DNA from: Alphaproteobacteria bacterium
Lineage (GTDB): Bacteria; Pseudomonadota; Alphaproteobacteria; UBA8366; Aestuariispiraceae
DNA length: 64,000 nt
Reading direction: 5' to 3'
NCBI GenBank assembly: GCA_036677425.1
Contig: JARFVT010000012.1
Coordinates: 20,583-84,582 of the forward strand
Under the pieces are notes generated by a model. That model was not told where the DNA came from. It saw nothing but the letters and a program-made list of their open reading frames with translations, and made no database searches. Position 1 is the stretch's first letter. Each line of letters begins with the position of its first letter. This document shows, in pieces, positions 8,447 to 18,071 of this stretch. A program made the translations under genes and the position numbers.

Positions 8447-9486
8447 TTGATTTTCTTTGCTTTGAAGTAACGTGAAATTATTGTTCCGATTTCTCGTGTA
8501 GCGAAAATGCCACCAGGGCGTAATATAAGAACGCCAATCATTGCGACGGCGAGGGATACCTCGGTCAAGCCAACAATTTGCGTTGACATAAATTCTGCTC
8601 GGTTTAGCCCATTTTCTAATGCACGTAAGCTTTCAAAAGTGCTAGCAACAAGGATTGTTCCTAAAACAGCGCCTGTTACAGTACTAGGCCCGCCAATAAC
8701 CACCATGCCAAGAATAACGAATGTCTCTTTTAAATAGAAAGCCTTGGGAGCAAAAGAGGTAATAAAATGTCCCCAAAAAGCACCGCCTAAACCCGCAAGC
8801 AAAGCCCCAAGAATAAAGGCTATCCATCTTAGCCGCGGGATATGCGCCCCGATAGCAGCGGCGGCGATTTCATCGCTTTTAGTCGCACGTAAAAGTAATC
8901 CTATGCGTGATTCTTTAAATGCCAATGCAATAACAATAGCGATGATTGCACCGCCCATCGCCAAAGGTAAACCAGCAAATTTTGGTATGCCAAATATGGT
9001 GCGGGGGCCATTGGTAACCTCACTCCAATGCAACATGATAGTGTGCAAAATAACAAGCAATGCAAATGATGTAATAACCGCGGCAGCATCTGATAATCGC
9101 ATTAATGGATAGGCAACTGCGGCTGCTATTGCTGCGGCAAATAATGCTGCAATCATCATAGCATAGATGGGGTGCAAAGTTATATCATCAATGAATGTAT
9201 ATAAATCATGCAGTGCCATTACTTTCATCTGGTCTGTTATTGTTAAAATAGCGGAATCATAAGACCCAATCCACATGAATCCAATATGTGCAAATTATTA
9301 TATACCAGAATTTCCCATAAAAATTTGCAAACCCAATACCAATATAAGGCTTATGCACATATTTATTATTAATCGCTCCATTAATCTGTCACCAAATAAT
9401 GATCCTGCAACAACAATTAATAAAACAATACCAATAAGAACAGTTAGGGTTAATAAATTATGCTTGGCGAGAATTATAAATCTCAT
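8443..9486 (-). pseudogene. LivM-like branched-chain/amide ABC permease with an in-frame tandem TAA TAA
   Basis: ORFs 9298..9534 and 8443..9276 share one frame (9534-9276=258). The junction reads G N S G I TAA TAA F A H I G F M W I G S Y inside the conserved G-x-x-S-F-G-H region. The likely start is ATG 9484-9486, overlapping the livH-like stop (ATGA). Confidence 0.8.
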
Positions 9487-10373
9487 GTTCTTTCTCCTGA
9501 TACTGGGCCTTTTATAAGGCCTTGTGGCCGCCATAAAAGAATCAAAATGACAAAACTAAAAGTAAAGGCATCTCTGAATTTTAGTAAATCCTGTGGTAAT
9601 AAATAATTTAAACTTGTATCCATTAGGGCAAGCAAAAAACCACCTAGGACTGCGCCGCCTAGGCTACGCATTCCCCCTAATACCGTAGCGATAAATGCAA
9701 TTAAAAGTGGCTCTAAACCAATTCCTGGAACAACTGTGCCAATTCTACCAAGCCATAGAATAGCCACAACACCAGCCATAAAACCACTAATCGCAAATGC
9801 GGAAGAAATAATTAAATTGGCGGGGACACCAAGCATACGTGCCATACGAAAATTTGATGCGGCGGCACGCATTGCTATGCCAAGAACCGTATATCGCATC
9901 AATAATAAAAAACCCGTTAATAGAATAAATGTTGCGGCGATTGTAATCAGATTGCGGACGGGGGTTATTACACCTAAAAATTCTACGGTGGTAGAGAAAA
10001 TATCCGGCAATGGAATGTTACGCGGCCTTGGTGATATAAAAAGAAGCGCCGCATTTTGTAATAATGTAGAAAATGCAAAAGACGTGATTAAAACAGCGGT
10101 CACAGATTTTGATCTAATAGGGCGGAAAGCCACATAATCGGTTGCAATTCCAGCAATAATGGCTGCAAAAATGGCAACAATCGCCATTACTATCCATGGA
10201 AGCCCAGAATCTCCCAACAAAAATAAGGCATATCCAGTAATCATGATTAATTCGCCATATGCAAAATTAACAAGCTTTAAAATGCCATAAACGATAACTA
10301 AACCTAGTGCCATAAGTGCATATGCACCGCCTAGGCTTAAGACATCGATTACAAATTGGATTGACATTGTCAT
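9483..10373 (-). CDS. LivH-like ABC transporter permease
   Basis: 296-aa polytopic protein with LVNFAYGELIMITGY, a typical HAAT-family permease motif. Confidence 0.85.
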   Translation of the reverse strand: MTMSIQFVIDVLSLGGAYALMALGLVIVYGILKLVNFAYGELIMITGYALFLLGDSGLPWIVMAIVAIFAAIIAGIATDYVAFRPIRSKSVTAVLITSFAFSTLLQNAALLFISPRPRNIPLPDIFSTTVEFLGVITPVRNLITIAATFILLTGFLLLMRYTVLGIAMRAAASNFRMARMLGVPANLIISSAFAISGFMAGVVAILWLGRIGTVVPGIGLEPLLIAFIATVLGGMRSLGGAVLGGFLLALMDTSLNYLLPQDLLKFRDAFTFSFVILILLWRPQGLIKGPVSGERT

Positions 10374-11083
10374 TTGTCTTCCCCCAAATAAAGTTCGCTT
10401 AAATTTTGATTTTTCATAATGTCAGCCGCAGTTCCAGAGGCAGCGACCTTGCCTTGACGCATAACAAAGGCATGGTCGGCTATTTTTAATGCTCGTGCCG
10501 CATTTTGTTCCACTAATAAAATGGTTATTCCCATTGATTTAAGTTCAGCAATCATTAAAAATATTTGATCAACAATCACTGGTGCTAAACCAAGCGATGG
10601 TTCATCAAGAAGCAATAATTCTGGGCGTGACATCATCGCACGGGCAATCACAAGCATTTGTTGCTCACCACCGGAAAGAGTTCCTGCCGCTTGGGTAGAT
10701 CGTTTGCGCAAACGTGGGAATAAATCCATCATACGTTCGCGGTCTTCTTTGACTTTAATTTTATCGCCTAAACGAGAATAGGCACCAAGCCGCAGATTTT
10801 CATCAACTGTCAAGTCGGGGAAAACATCTCTGGTTTCTGGCACCATTGCAACTCCAGCGCGAACCATTTGTTCTGGTGTATTGGTAGTTACGTCGGTTCC
10901 ATTAAGAATAATTTTGCCGCTTGAAGATGCGATGCCACCTGCTATGGCTAGCAAAGTTGATGATTTTCCAGCGCCATTAGCGCCAAGAAGGGTGGCTAAT
11001 TCGCCGCGTCCAATTTTGATGGACAAATCACTTACTGCCTCAACAGCCCCGTAAAAAACACTAAGATTGCTAACATTAAGCAT
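10370..11083 (-). CDS. LivF-like ABC transporter ATP-binding protein
   Basis: Walker A GANGAGKSS, signature LSGGEQQML, Walker B LLLLDEPS. Confidence 0.9.
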   Translation of the reverse strand: MLNVSNLSVFYGAVEAVSDLSIKIGRGELATLLGANGAGKSSTLLAIAGGIASSSGKIILNGTDVTTNTPEQMVRAGVAMVPETRDVFPDLTVDENLRLGAYSRLGDKIKVKEDRERMMDLFPRLRKRSTQAAGTLSGGEQQMLVIARAMMSRPELLLLDEPSLGLAPVIVDQIFLMIAELKSMGITILLVEQNAARALKIADHAFVMRQGKVAASGTAADIMKNQNLSELYLGEDK

Positions 11084-11819
11084 TTATTTTTTCCTCGATT
11101 GGAGTTCCGAGATAAGCAGAAATAACGGCGGGGTTAGACATAACCTCATCGACTTCGCCTTCCGCAATTGTTTGACCAGAAGAAATAACATGAATTGTAT
11201 GACACAATCTTGTAATCAGATGCATATCATGATCAATAATCAACATTCCTAAATTATATTTTTGCGGCAATTCGGCTAAAAGTGTCATTAGCATTTCAGA
11301 TTCTTGCTCATTCATGCCTGCAGCTGGTTCGTCTAGCAAAAGAAACTGCGGTTGTGCAATAAGGGCGCGTGCAATTTCAACGCGACGTTTATCGCCATAA
11401 CTTAATTCGCTGGCAAGGTCATCTGCGCGACTATCTAAATTAAAAGTTTTTAATAAAACAGCAGCCTTTTCTTGCGCATCTATACGATTCTCACCACGCG
11501 CTAAGGCCGCTAACTCAATATTTTCTGTTATTGTAATATCTTCAAATAAACGGACAATTTGAAACGAGCGCATTATTCCCATCAAGGCAATATCGCGGGG
11601 GGCATGACCAGATATGTCTTTATCACCAAGTGTTACAGTACCATTAGTCAATGGAACTTGACCAGTTAACGCATTAACAAATGTGGTTTTACCCGACCCA
11701 TTAGGGCCAATTAATCCAAGTATTTGCCCCTGAACAAGATTTAAAGACACATCGTTTAATGCTAATAGTCCAGAAAAACTAACCGAGATATTTTTAACGA
11801 CAAGCCTTCTTTTACACAT
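11076..11819 (-). CDS. LivG-like ABC transporter ATP-binding protein
   Basis: Walker A GPNGSGKTT, signature LSYGDKRRVEIARAL, Walker B FLLLDEPAAG. Confidence 0.9.
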   Translation of the reverse strand: MCKRRLVVKNISVSFSGLLALNDVSLNLVQGQILGLIGPNGSGKTTFVNALTGQVPLTNGTVTLGDKDISGHAPRDIALMGIMRSFQIVRLFEDITITENIELAALARGENRIDAQEKAAVLLKTFNLDSRADDLASELSYGDKRRVEIARALIAQPQFLLLDEPAAGMNEQESEMLMTLLAELPQKYNLGMLIIDHDMHLITRLCHTIHVISSGQTIAEGEVDEVMSNPAVISAYLGTPIEEKINA

Positions 11820-11848
11820 AGCTATCGATCCTTTTAAACTAGAAAAAC

Positions 11849-11872
11849 GCTGAGGCTACTGTGAGCCTCAGC
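11849..11872 (-). terminator. Intra-operon rho-independent terminator or attenuator after the binding-protein gene
   Basis: A perfect 9-bp stem GCTGAGGCT/AGCCTCAGC with a 6-nt loop. It is followed on the minus strand by GTTTTTCTAGTTT. Confidence 0.65.
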
Positions 11873-11887
11873 ATATAGGCCACGCAG

Positions 11888-13066
11888 CTAAATAGCAGGT
11901 GGGTTTGCAGGATGACGCCAGCCAATAAAGGAAGGTTTACCGCCAGTTAAAGAAATTAAAACAGCAGCTTTATCAGGAGCATGGCCTTCTTCAGCATTCT
12001 TATAAGAAAGCTTTCCTGTAAGCAGGTTAAATTCGTTATTTTCTAACACTTTGGCAACTTCTGCACCATTCGTTGTTCCTGCGATTTCAACCGCCTTTGC
12101 CATTAGCATAATAGTATCCCAACCTGTTGCAACAAAAGATGTATCCGGATCAGTGCCAAATTTCTTTTTATAAAGCTCGATAAACTTTAACATTTCAGGA
12201 TGAGCTTCTTCACCTAACCAAGTATGGGTTACGAAATAAATATCATTACCAAATTTCTCACCTAAAGTTTGGTGCAAGGCTGGATCATCATAAGCATCAC
12301 CACCAAGAACAGCGGCATTATATCCAACTTCACGAAGCGCGCGAATAATAACGCCAACATCTGAGCCATAAGATGAGATAAATATTACATCGGGTTTTTC
12401 ATCTAAGGCTTGTAATCGCGCTAATTGTGCAGAAAAATCATTATCGCCATTTGTGTATGTATCTTCGAGTAAGATTTTACCACCAATAGCTTTAAAATGA
12501 GATATAAAGTATTTTGATAAAGATTTAGTATATGCGATGAATTGATCTGTTACAACATATGCGGTTTTCCAATTGCGTTCGTTGACCGCATATTCAGCAG
12601 CAACAGCACCCATAGTTGTATTCCACATTGAAAGTGTGAATTGTTTATCGCCAAGAGACCATGAGCTATAAAGCGGATCAGATGCACATGTTGAAATACC
12701 GACCACACCAGCGGCTTGCGCTTCACGGCCAGCAGGGCCACCAAAATCAAAATCACAAGGAGAGACCATTAATTCTGCTCCTTCATCGATTAATTGCACC
12801 GCAACATTACCAACTGTAACTGGATCAGACTTTCCATCTATATTGACGAATTTAATCTGTTTACCTAACAACCCACCATTGGCATTTAAATAATCAACTG
12901 CAACTTGCGCACCGCGAAAACCTGGCTCGTCAAGCGCAGCCTGTACTCCAGTAAGGCTAAGAGCCCCACCAATTAAAATTTCTTCAGCAGCTTGCGTTGG
13001 TGAATATGTCGCTGTGGCAATAATTGCAACGCCAATTCCACATATAATTTTTGGGATTTGAAACAT
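11888..13066 (-). CDS. Periplasmic substrate-binding protein of the Liv-type (HAAT family) ABC transporter
   Basis: 392 aa with a signal-like N-terminus and a type-I periplasmic binding fold pattern (IGGALSLTGVQAALDEPGFRGAQVAVDYLNANGG). Confidence 0.85.
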   Translation of the reverse strand: MFQIPKIICGIGVAIIATATYSPTQAAEEILIGGALSLTGVQAALDEPGFRGAQVAVDYLNANGGLLGKQIKFVNIDGKSDPVTVGNVAVQLIDEGAELMVSPCDFDFGGPAGREAQAAGVVGISTCASDPLYSSWSLGDKQFTLSMWNTTMGAVAAEYAVNERNWKTAYVVTDQFIAYTKSLSKYFISHFKAIGGKILLEDTYTNGDNDFSAQLARLQALDEKPDVIFISSYGSDVGVIIRALREVGYNAAVLGGDAYDDPALHQTLGEKFGNDIYFVTHTWLGEEAHPEMLKFIELYKKKFGTDPDTSFVATGWDTIMLMAKAVEIAGTTNGAEVAKVLENNEFNLLTGKLSYKNAEEGHAPDKAAVLISLTGGKPSFIGWRHPANPPAI

Positions 13067-13140
13067 TTTTAATTTTCCTTCTAATAAACCCTGTTAAACT
13101 TAACTATTAACAAAGGTATAATAGCTTAGTTTCTAAAGTT

Positions 13141-13172
13141 ATCCAATAGGAAAATTATCCAATAGGAAAATT
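13141..13172. promoter_or_regulatory. Two perfect tandem copies of a 16-bp unit ATCCAATAGGAAAATT upstream of the ABC operon (candidate operator)
   Basis: 13141-13156 equals 13157-13172. It lies between the regulator stop (13192) and the binding-protein start (13066). Confidence 0.4.
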
Positions 13173-13191
13173 ACTAATGTTTACGAAAAAT

Positions 13192-13773
13192 TTATTTATA
13201 AGAACTACGTGTTGATACTGAATATATACTTGCTACACTATCGCCAACAGAAACAAATGCATGGCGTATCCCACAATCAAAACATGCACTATCACCTTGT
13301 TCTAATTTAAGGCAAGTTTCTCCTTCCAAATGCAATTCGATTTTTCCAGACATAACAATAATCAATTCTTCACCATCATGATTTGACCAATCAGATGCGG
13401 CCGGAACTTCAAAATTTAATATTTCCATTTGATAGCCATTTAACGACCCTTGTGTCCGAATGGCTTGTGGAAAATAAGTGTAATTATTAGTTTGATGAAA
13501 ATTTTTGCTATCGTGTTTATGTAATATAGCTGGTTCACATTTATTATTTGACGCTTTTATTAACTCGCTAACAAGAATATGAAGAGCTCTAGCTATTTTA
13601 TAGATACTCTCAAATCCACCACTAATTTTACCCGTCTCTATCTTGCTAATAGCACCGATTGATACCTCGCTTAATACACTCAATTCTTTTAAAGTAAGAC
13701 CCGCCTTCTTCCTATGATAGCGAATATTTCCACCTACATTTGGAATGGATATCTTTTTATTTGTCGGATACAT
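13192..13773 (-). CDS. XRE-family HTH regulator with C-terminal cupin domain
   Basis: N-terminal HTH (IRYHRKKAGLTLKELSVLSEVSIGAISKIETGK). C-terminal cupin-like part (HDGEELIIVMSGKIELHLEGE...GDSACFDCGIRHAF). Confidence 0.85.
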   Translation of the reverse strand: MYPTNKKISIPNVGGNIRYHRKKAGLTLKELSVLSEVSIGAISKIETGKISGGFESIYKIARALHILVSELIKASNNKCEPAILHKHDSKNFHQTNNYTYFPQAIRTQGSLNGYQMEILNFEVPAASDWSNHDGEELIIVMSGKIELHLEGETCLKLEQGDSACFDCGIRHAFVSVGDSVASIYSVSTRSSYK

Positions 13774-13926
13774 TTTTATTTACTTCATCTTTAATAGAAT
13801 TAATGAAAGCCTTATCTACTGTTATTGGATTAAGGCCTTTAGAGCGTAGTCGCTATAACCTCAGCCTGTGTTTGGAGCTGTAATATTCTAGTTCCGCTTA
13901 GATGTCGCATTTAAGCAGCTAATCTT

Positions 13927-14244
13927 TTAAAAGCAAAGGGGCCATTCAAAAATAACAAAAATTACTGCCAGTAGCAGATTATTTCCATCTGAAAATCCAC
14001 AGCAAATTAAATTACGCATAAAGTAATTAGTGCTGCCGATATCTTCAAATGCCGTCACACCAAGCCTACGCCATAGGGCATTTGGTTGATGGATTAATAT
14101 GTTGCCACAAGCACGCAAGGCGATATCAGTGTCACCATGCCTAATAGCTTTTTGCATAGCTGACATGGCATTGTAAATATTGGTGCCAATTGGGTTTACG
14201 GGTTGATTATCACGGTCTTGATATATTGCTTCGCTTAGGCTCAT
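13927..14244 (-). CDS. Hypothetical protein or gene remnant with an MgsA/RarA C-terminal-like motif
   Basis: NAMSAMQKAIRHGDTDIALRACGNILIHQPNALWRRLGVTAFEDIG resembles the SA..KS.RGSD.DAAL...RRL...ASEDIG pattern of the MgsA_C domain. There is no AAA+ domain upstream. The C-terminus is hydrophobic and looks non-native. Confidence 0.3.
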   Translation of the reverse strand: MSLSEAIYQDRDNQPVNPIGTNIYNAMSAMQKAIRHGDTDIALRACGNILIHQPNALWRRLGVTAFEDIGSTNYFMRNLICCGFSDGNNLLLAVIFVIFEWPLCF

Positions 14245-14374
14245 GAACCATTAATTTGATCCGTTCTGCGGAGACAATATTTTTAGAAAAGGCGCGGTAA
14301 ACCGTCTGATTTTCAAGTCTTTGCGCTTGTTTTCTTGTATCTACAAGCTTACTGATAAACAGAATTGCATCAAA

Positions 14375-14614
14375 TTAATGGCTCTTGAGCCTAAGGTTTA
14401 AATCAATCCTTATATAGTTCTTCACATGATGCGGGCTGCACTGGATTAGCACTGTTTGCCCTGTAGGCTTATCAATCCAATTCAAATTCAATTTACATCG
14501 CTTGCCTTTTGCTGATACCGTATGAAAATCTGGGTGATCCTTATGAATATTTTTTAGAATCTCATCAAAGGCGTTACGCTCATTTTCATCATCAACAGGC
14601 AAGGTAACCGACAA
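14375..14614 (-). CDS. Hypothetical small ORF or remnant (TTG start)
   Basis: 79-aa track ORF. No family recognised. Confidence 0.25.
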   Translation of the reverse strand: MSVTLPVDDENERNAFDEILKNIHKDHPDFHTVSAKGKRCKLNLNWIDKPTGQTVLIQCSPHHVKNYIRIDLNLRLKSH

Positions 14615-14959
14615 CTTATCTATAATTGGATATTAACCCTATAACCATCATCTATATTATACCCATATGCTTTTGCAGTTAATTGCAATGAGTATTTCTT
14701 GGTCTAGTTAGATGGGGTGCAGTTTTAAATATCAGCCTCTATTCGGTGCTGAAGACGGGAAGCAAGTACTTCTGGTGTTTGCCATATGGATTTGGATATG
14801 GGTTTGATTGGAAGAATGGTTGGGGCTTTTGTTTTTTTATTGGCATTATAGGGGTTGGTTCATATTGATATGGTTTTTCATAAAATATACTGCCATTTGA
14901 CAACCGATTATTCTTTTGACCCTTCATGCTCGCTACCCAGCTATTAGATAGCTCACTAT

Positions 14960-15337
14960 TCAAGTGTCGTCACAGTCGCCTTTATATTGTTTCATATTTG
15001 AAAAAACCGGCAACCATTGCTCGCGGCGAGTGATATGGCTTTCATAACTTGGCACTAATTGATTAGGATTATCCAATGTTCCTAAATACAGTTCTATTTC
15101 ATCGGCAGAACGTGCAAAAACCGATGAACCACAGCGAGGGCAGAAAAATCTCCCGCCATAATTCTGTGTTTTTCCTTTAATCACCACCGCATTTTGAGAA
15201 AAAATAGCCGCAGCGTAAAAAATTGCCCCATGATGCTTGCGGCAATCGATACAATGGCAAATTGCTACTCGATTTGGTTGTCCAGATGCTACTACCCTAA
15301 CATCACCGCAAAGGCAGCCACCAGTAAATTTCTCCAT
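14960..15337 (-). CDS. GFA-family (CENP-V/glutathione-dependent formaldehyde-activating-like) zinc protein
   Basis: Cys pattern GGCLCGDVR...CHCIDCRK...FCPRCGS is typical of the GFA domain. Confidence 0.85.
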   Translation of the reverse strand: MEKFTGGCLCGDVRVVASGQPNRVAICHCIDCRKHHGAIFYAAAIFSQNAVVIKGKTQNYGGRFFCPRCGSSVFARSADEIELYLGTLDNPNQLVPSYESHITRREQWLPVFSNMKQYKGDCDDT

Positions 15338-15380
15338 TTTGTTCTCTCATAAAACAAACTATTAATATATAAATAACAAA

Positions 15381-15407
15381 GGGTTAGAGCGTTTCAGCGT
15401 CTAACCC
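15381..15407 (-). terminator. Rho-independent terminator downstream of tRNA-Ser
   Basis: Stem GGGTTAGA/TCTAACCC (8 bp). It is followed on the minus strand by TTTGTTATTTAT. Confidence 0.6.
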
Positions 15408-15418
15408 TTCATCGAATA

Positions 15419-15506
15419 TGGCGGAGACGGTGGGATTCGAACCCACGCAACCCTTTCGGGTTGACGGATTAGCAATCCGCTCCTTTAACCACTCAGGCAC
15501 GTCTCC
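15419..15506 (-). tRNA. tRNA-Ser (anticodon GCU), type II with long variable arm, CCA encoded
   Basis: The reverse complement is GGAGACGTGCCTGAGTGGTTAAAGGAGCGGATTGCTAATCCGTCAACCCGAAAGGGTTGCGTGGGTTCGAATCCCACCGTCTCCGCCA. It has a 7-bp acceptor, anticodon loop TT-GCT-AA and T loop TTCGAAT. Confidence 0.95.
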
Positions 15507-15632
15507 AAACAATGCCGTCTTTAGTATAATCGCAAATAATGCGAATGTGGCTAAATACTATTCCACTGCTTAACTGTCAAGATGATATATCATATAAAAC
15601 CATCTAACATTAGAATGCTAAAGCACTATTGA

Positions 15633-18071
15633 TTAACTACGCAATATACCGCCTGTTAATTTCGCCACATTAGCGATAACTTTGGCGGCGATAGCCTCTA
15701 TTTCCTTATCATTCAGGGTTTTATCTTGTGCCTGAATAGTAATATTAATAGCGACGCTTTTTTTGCTCGTCATTTCATCGCCCGCTTGATCGATTAATTT
15801 ATCACCCTTGTAAATATCAAAAATATCCACATTGGTGATAAGTTTTTTATCGGCCATTTGTGCCGCCCTAGTAATTTTATCGGCATTGATATTATCATCG
15901 ACGACAAAGGCAAAATCCCGATTGACCGCTTGGAAATTTGACGCTTGCAATGCCTTACGAGTTTTACCAGATTTTGATCCTGATTTAGGTTGGGGAATAT
16001 TATCCATGAAAATCTCGAAGCCAACCGCACGGTCTTTCAATCCCATTTCCTTCAAGATTTTTGGATGCAATTCACCAAAATAGGCAATGGTATTTTTACC
16101 AAGTTTAAAACTACCAGAACGCCCCGTATGATACCATGCGGGCGCATCATCTGATATTTGTAAATTAAGCGTTGGCGCACAGCCCGCGATCACCGCGAGA
16201 ATATCGGCCTTAGCATCAAATAGATCCACATGACGCACAGCACCAGCCCAATGGCGTGGTGTATTTTTACCAATACGTACACCTGCTGCAATCATATCCT
16301 GTCCATCTTTTTCAGGCGTATGATAGGCTGGACCAACTTCAAATAATGCAATATCATTATAACCACGACCAGCATTACGTACAGCGGCGGCAATTAAATT
16401 ACCAATTATCCCCGGGCGCATAACGCTTAAATCGCTGCTGATTGGGTTGGCTATATGTAAATTCTTTGCCCCGCCGCCAAATAAATTTGCTTGTTTTTCA
16501 CTGGTAAAAGACCAGCTAACCATTTCATACATGCCATTTTGTGCCAATATTTTCTTGGCAAAAGCCACACGGCGTTGCCCCGTTGAAATCGCAATTTTTG
16601 GCAATGCACTATCACGGCTTAATGATATGGTTGGGATATTATCAAAGCCATAAATACGCAATATTTCCTCAACCAGGCAATGCTCGCCTTCGATATCATT
16701 ACGCCAGCTTGGAATATCAACATTAATAATATCGCCCGCCGTAGCATCATTTGATATGCGCGTTTTAAAACCAAGCTTTTGCAATATATCATCGGCAAGT
16801 TTGGTTTTAATACCGACCCCGCCGTGGCTTTTAAGGCGATTAACCCGCAAGCTGGTTTGACGTTGCCATTTTGGTTCTTCGCCTGCTGTGGTTATATTTG
16901 AGGCCTCACCACCGCATATTTCTAATATTAATTTTGATGCGACCATTTCACCCCAGATAGCCGAAGTAGGGTCAATATTGCGTTCAAAACGATAACGCGC
17001 ATCGGATTCTATGCCAAGCAATCTGCCAGTTTCGGCAATATTTATTGGATTCCAAAGGGCCGATTCGATAAATACATTGCATGTATTTTCATTAACGCCG
17101 CTATTCTCCCCACCCATAATACCCGCAATAGATTGCACTGATTTATTATCACCAATAACCACCATATTATCGGTTAAATCATATTGATTACCATCAAGCG
17201 CAGTTAATTTCTCATCATCCTTACCATAACGAATAGTTAAATCGCCCGATATTTTATCGCCGTCAAATACATGCAATGGGCGGCCTAAATCATAGGTTAA
17301 ATAATTGGTAATATCCACAAGTGCTGATATGGGACGTAACCCAATGGCGCGTAAACGATCTTGCAACCATTTTGGTGATGCGCCATTTTTAACATTTTTA
17401 ATATAACGACCAACGACAAATGGGCAATTATTTTCAATATTACCTGCAATATGCCAGTTAACATGGCTGTCAAAGCCACCCTTAACATTGCCATAATCCG
17501 GTTGTTTTAATTTACCAAGACCAGCCGCCGCCAAATCGCGGGCAATGCCAAAAACACCAAGACAATCGCCACGGTTTGGGGTGATGGCAATTTCAATTAT
17601 TGGATCGTCAAGACCCGCATATTTGGCGAAACTTTGACCGATTTTACCCGCGCCATCGCTTAATTCAATGATACCATCATGTTCATCAGATAATTGCATT
17701 TCACGTTCAGATACCAACATGCCGTTGGATTCTTCCCCGCGCAAAACACCTGCCTTTAATGTTAAATCGATACCAGGAACATATGAACCAACGGGAGCAA
17801 AAACCCCATACATGCCCGTTTTTGCATTGGGCGCACCGCAAACAACTTGAAAAATACCATTGCCAGTATCGACCTTGCAAATACGCAAACGATCAGCATT
17901 GGGATGCTGCACCGCCTCTATCACATGGGCAATAGTGAAAGGCGCAAGCTTTAGCGCCGCATCTTCGACCCCTTCTAATTCAAGGCCAATGGCGGTTAAT
18001 TTATCAGTGATTTGTTGTAAGCTGGCATCGGTATCAAGATATGTTTTTAACCAGCTTAATGTAAATTTCAT
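15633..18071 (-). CDS. pheT: Phenylalanine--tRNA ligase beta subunit
   Basis: 812 aa starting [18 protein letters not shown], with tRNA-binding, B3/4 and B5 regions. It has a 4-nt overlap with pheS. Confidence 0.97.
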   Translation of the reverse strand: MKFTLSWLKTYLDTDASLQQITDKLTAIGLELEGVEDAALKLAPFTIAHVIEAVQHPNADRLRICKVDTGNGIFQVVCGAPNAKTGMYGVFAPVGSYVPGIDLTLKAGVLRGEESNGMLVSEREMQLSDEHDGIIELSDGAGKIGQSFAKYAGLDDPIIEIAITPNRGDCLGVFGIARDLAAAGLGKLKQPDYGNVKGGFDSHVNWHIAGNIENNCPFVVGRYIKNVKNGASPKWLQDRLRAIGLRPISALVDITNYLTYDLGRPLHVFDGDKISGDLTIRYGKDDEKLTALDGNQYDLTDNMVVIGDNKSVQSIAGIMGGENSGVNENTCNVFIESALWNPINIAETGRLLGIESDARYRFERNIDPTSAIWGEMVASKLILEICGGEASNITTAGEEPKWQRQTSLRVNRLKSHGGVGIKTKLADDILQKLGFKTRISNDATAGDIINVDIPSWRNDIEGEHCLVEEILRIYGFDNIPTISLSRDSALPKIAISTGQRRVAFAKKILAQNGMYEMVSWSFTSEKQANLFGGGAKNLHIANPISSDLSVMRPGIIGNLIAAAVRNAGRGYNDIALFEVGPAYHTPEKDGQDMIAAGVRIGKNTPRHWAGAVRHVDLFDAKADILAVIAGCAPTLNLQISDDAPAWYHTGRSGSFKLGKNTIAYFGELHPKILKEMGLKDRAVGFEIFMDNIPQPKSGSKSGKTRKALQASNFQAVNRDFAFVVDDNINADKITRAAQMADKKLITNVDIFDIYKGDKLIDQAGDEMTSKKSVAINITIQAQDKTLNDKEIEAIAAKVIANVAKLTGGILRS

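Noticed and set aside
4917-9300. The in-frame TAA codons in the MFS and LivM-like genes might indicate stop-codon reassignment or programmed readthrough.
   Set aside because: TAA terminates conserved genes at their expected ends in this window, for example pheT at 15633-15635, IS orfA and the portal gene. Ordinary nonsense mutations are the simpler explanation.
14739-14963. A 74-aa Pro/Gln/Tyr-rich ORF overlaps the GFA stop (TTGA).
   Set aside because: It has only a TTG start, low-complexity composition and no motif. It is probably non-coding or a remnant, so it is not listed as a feature.
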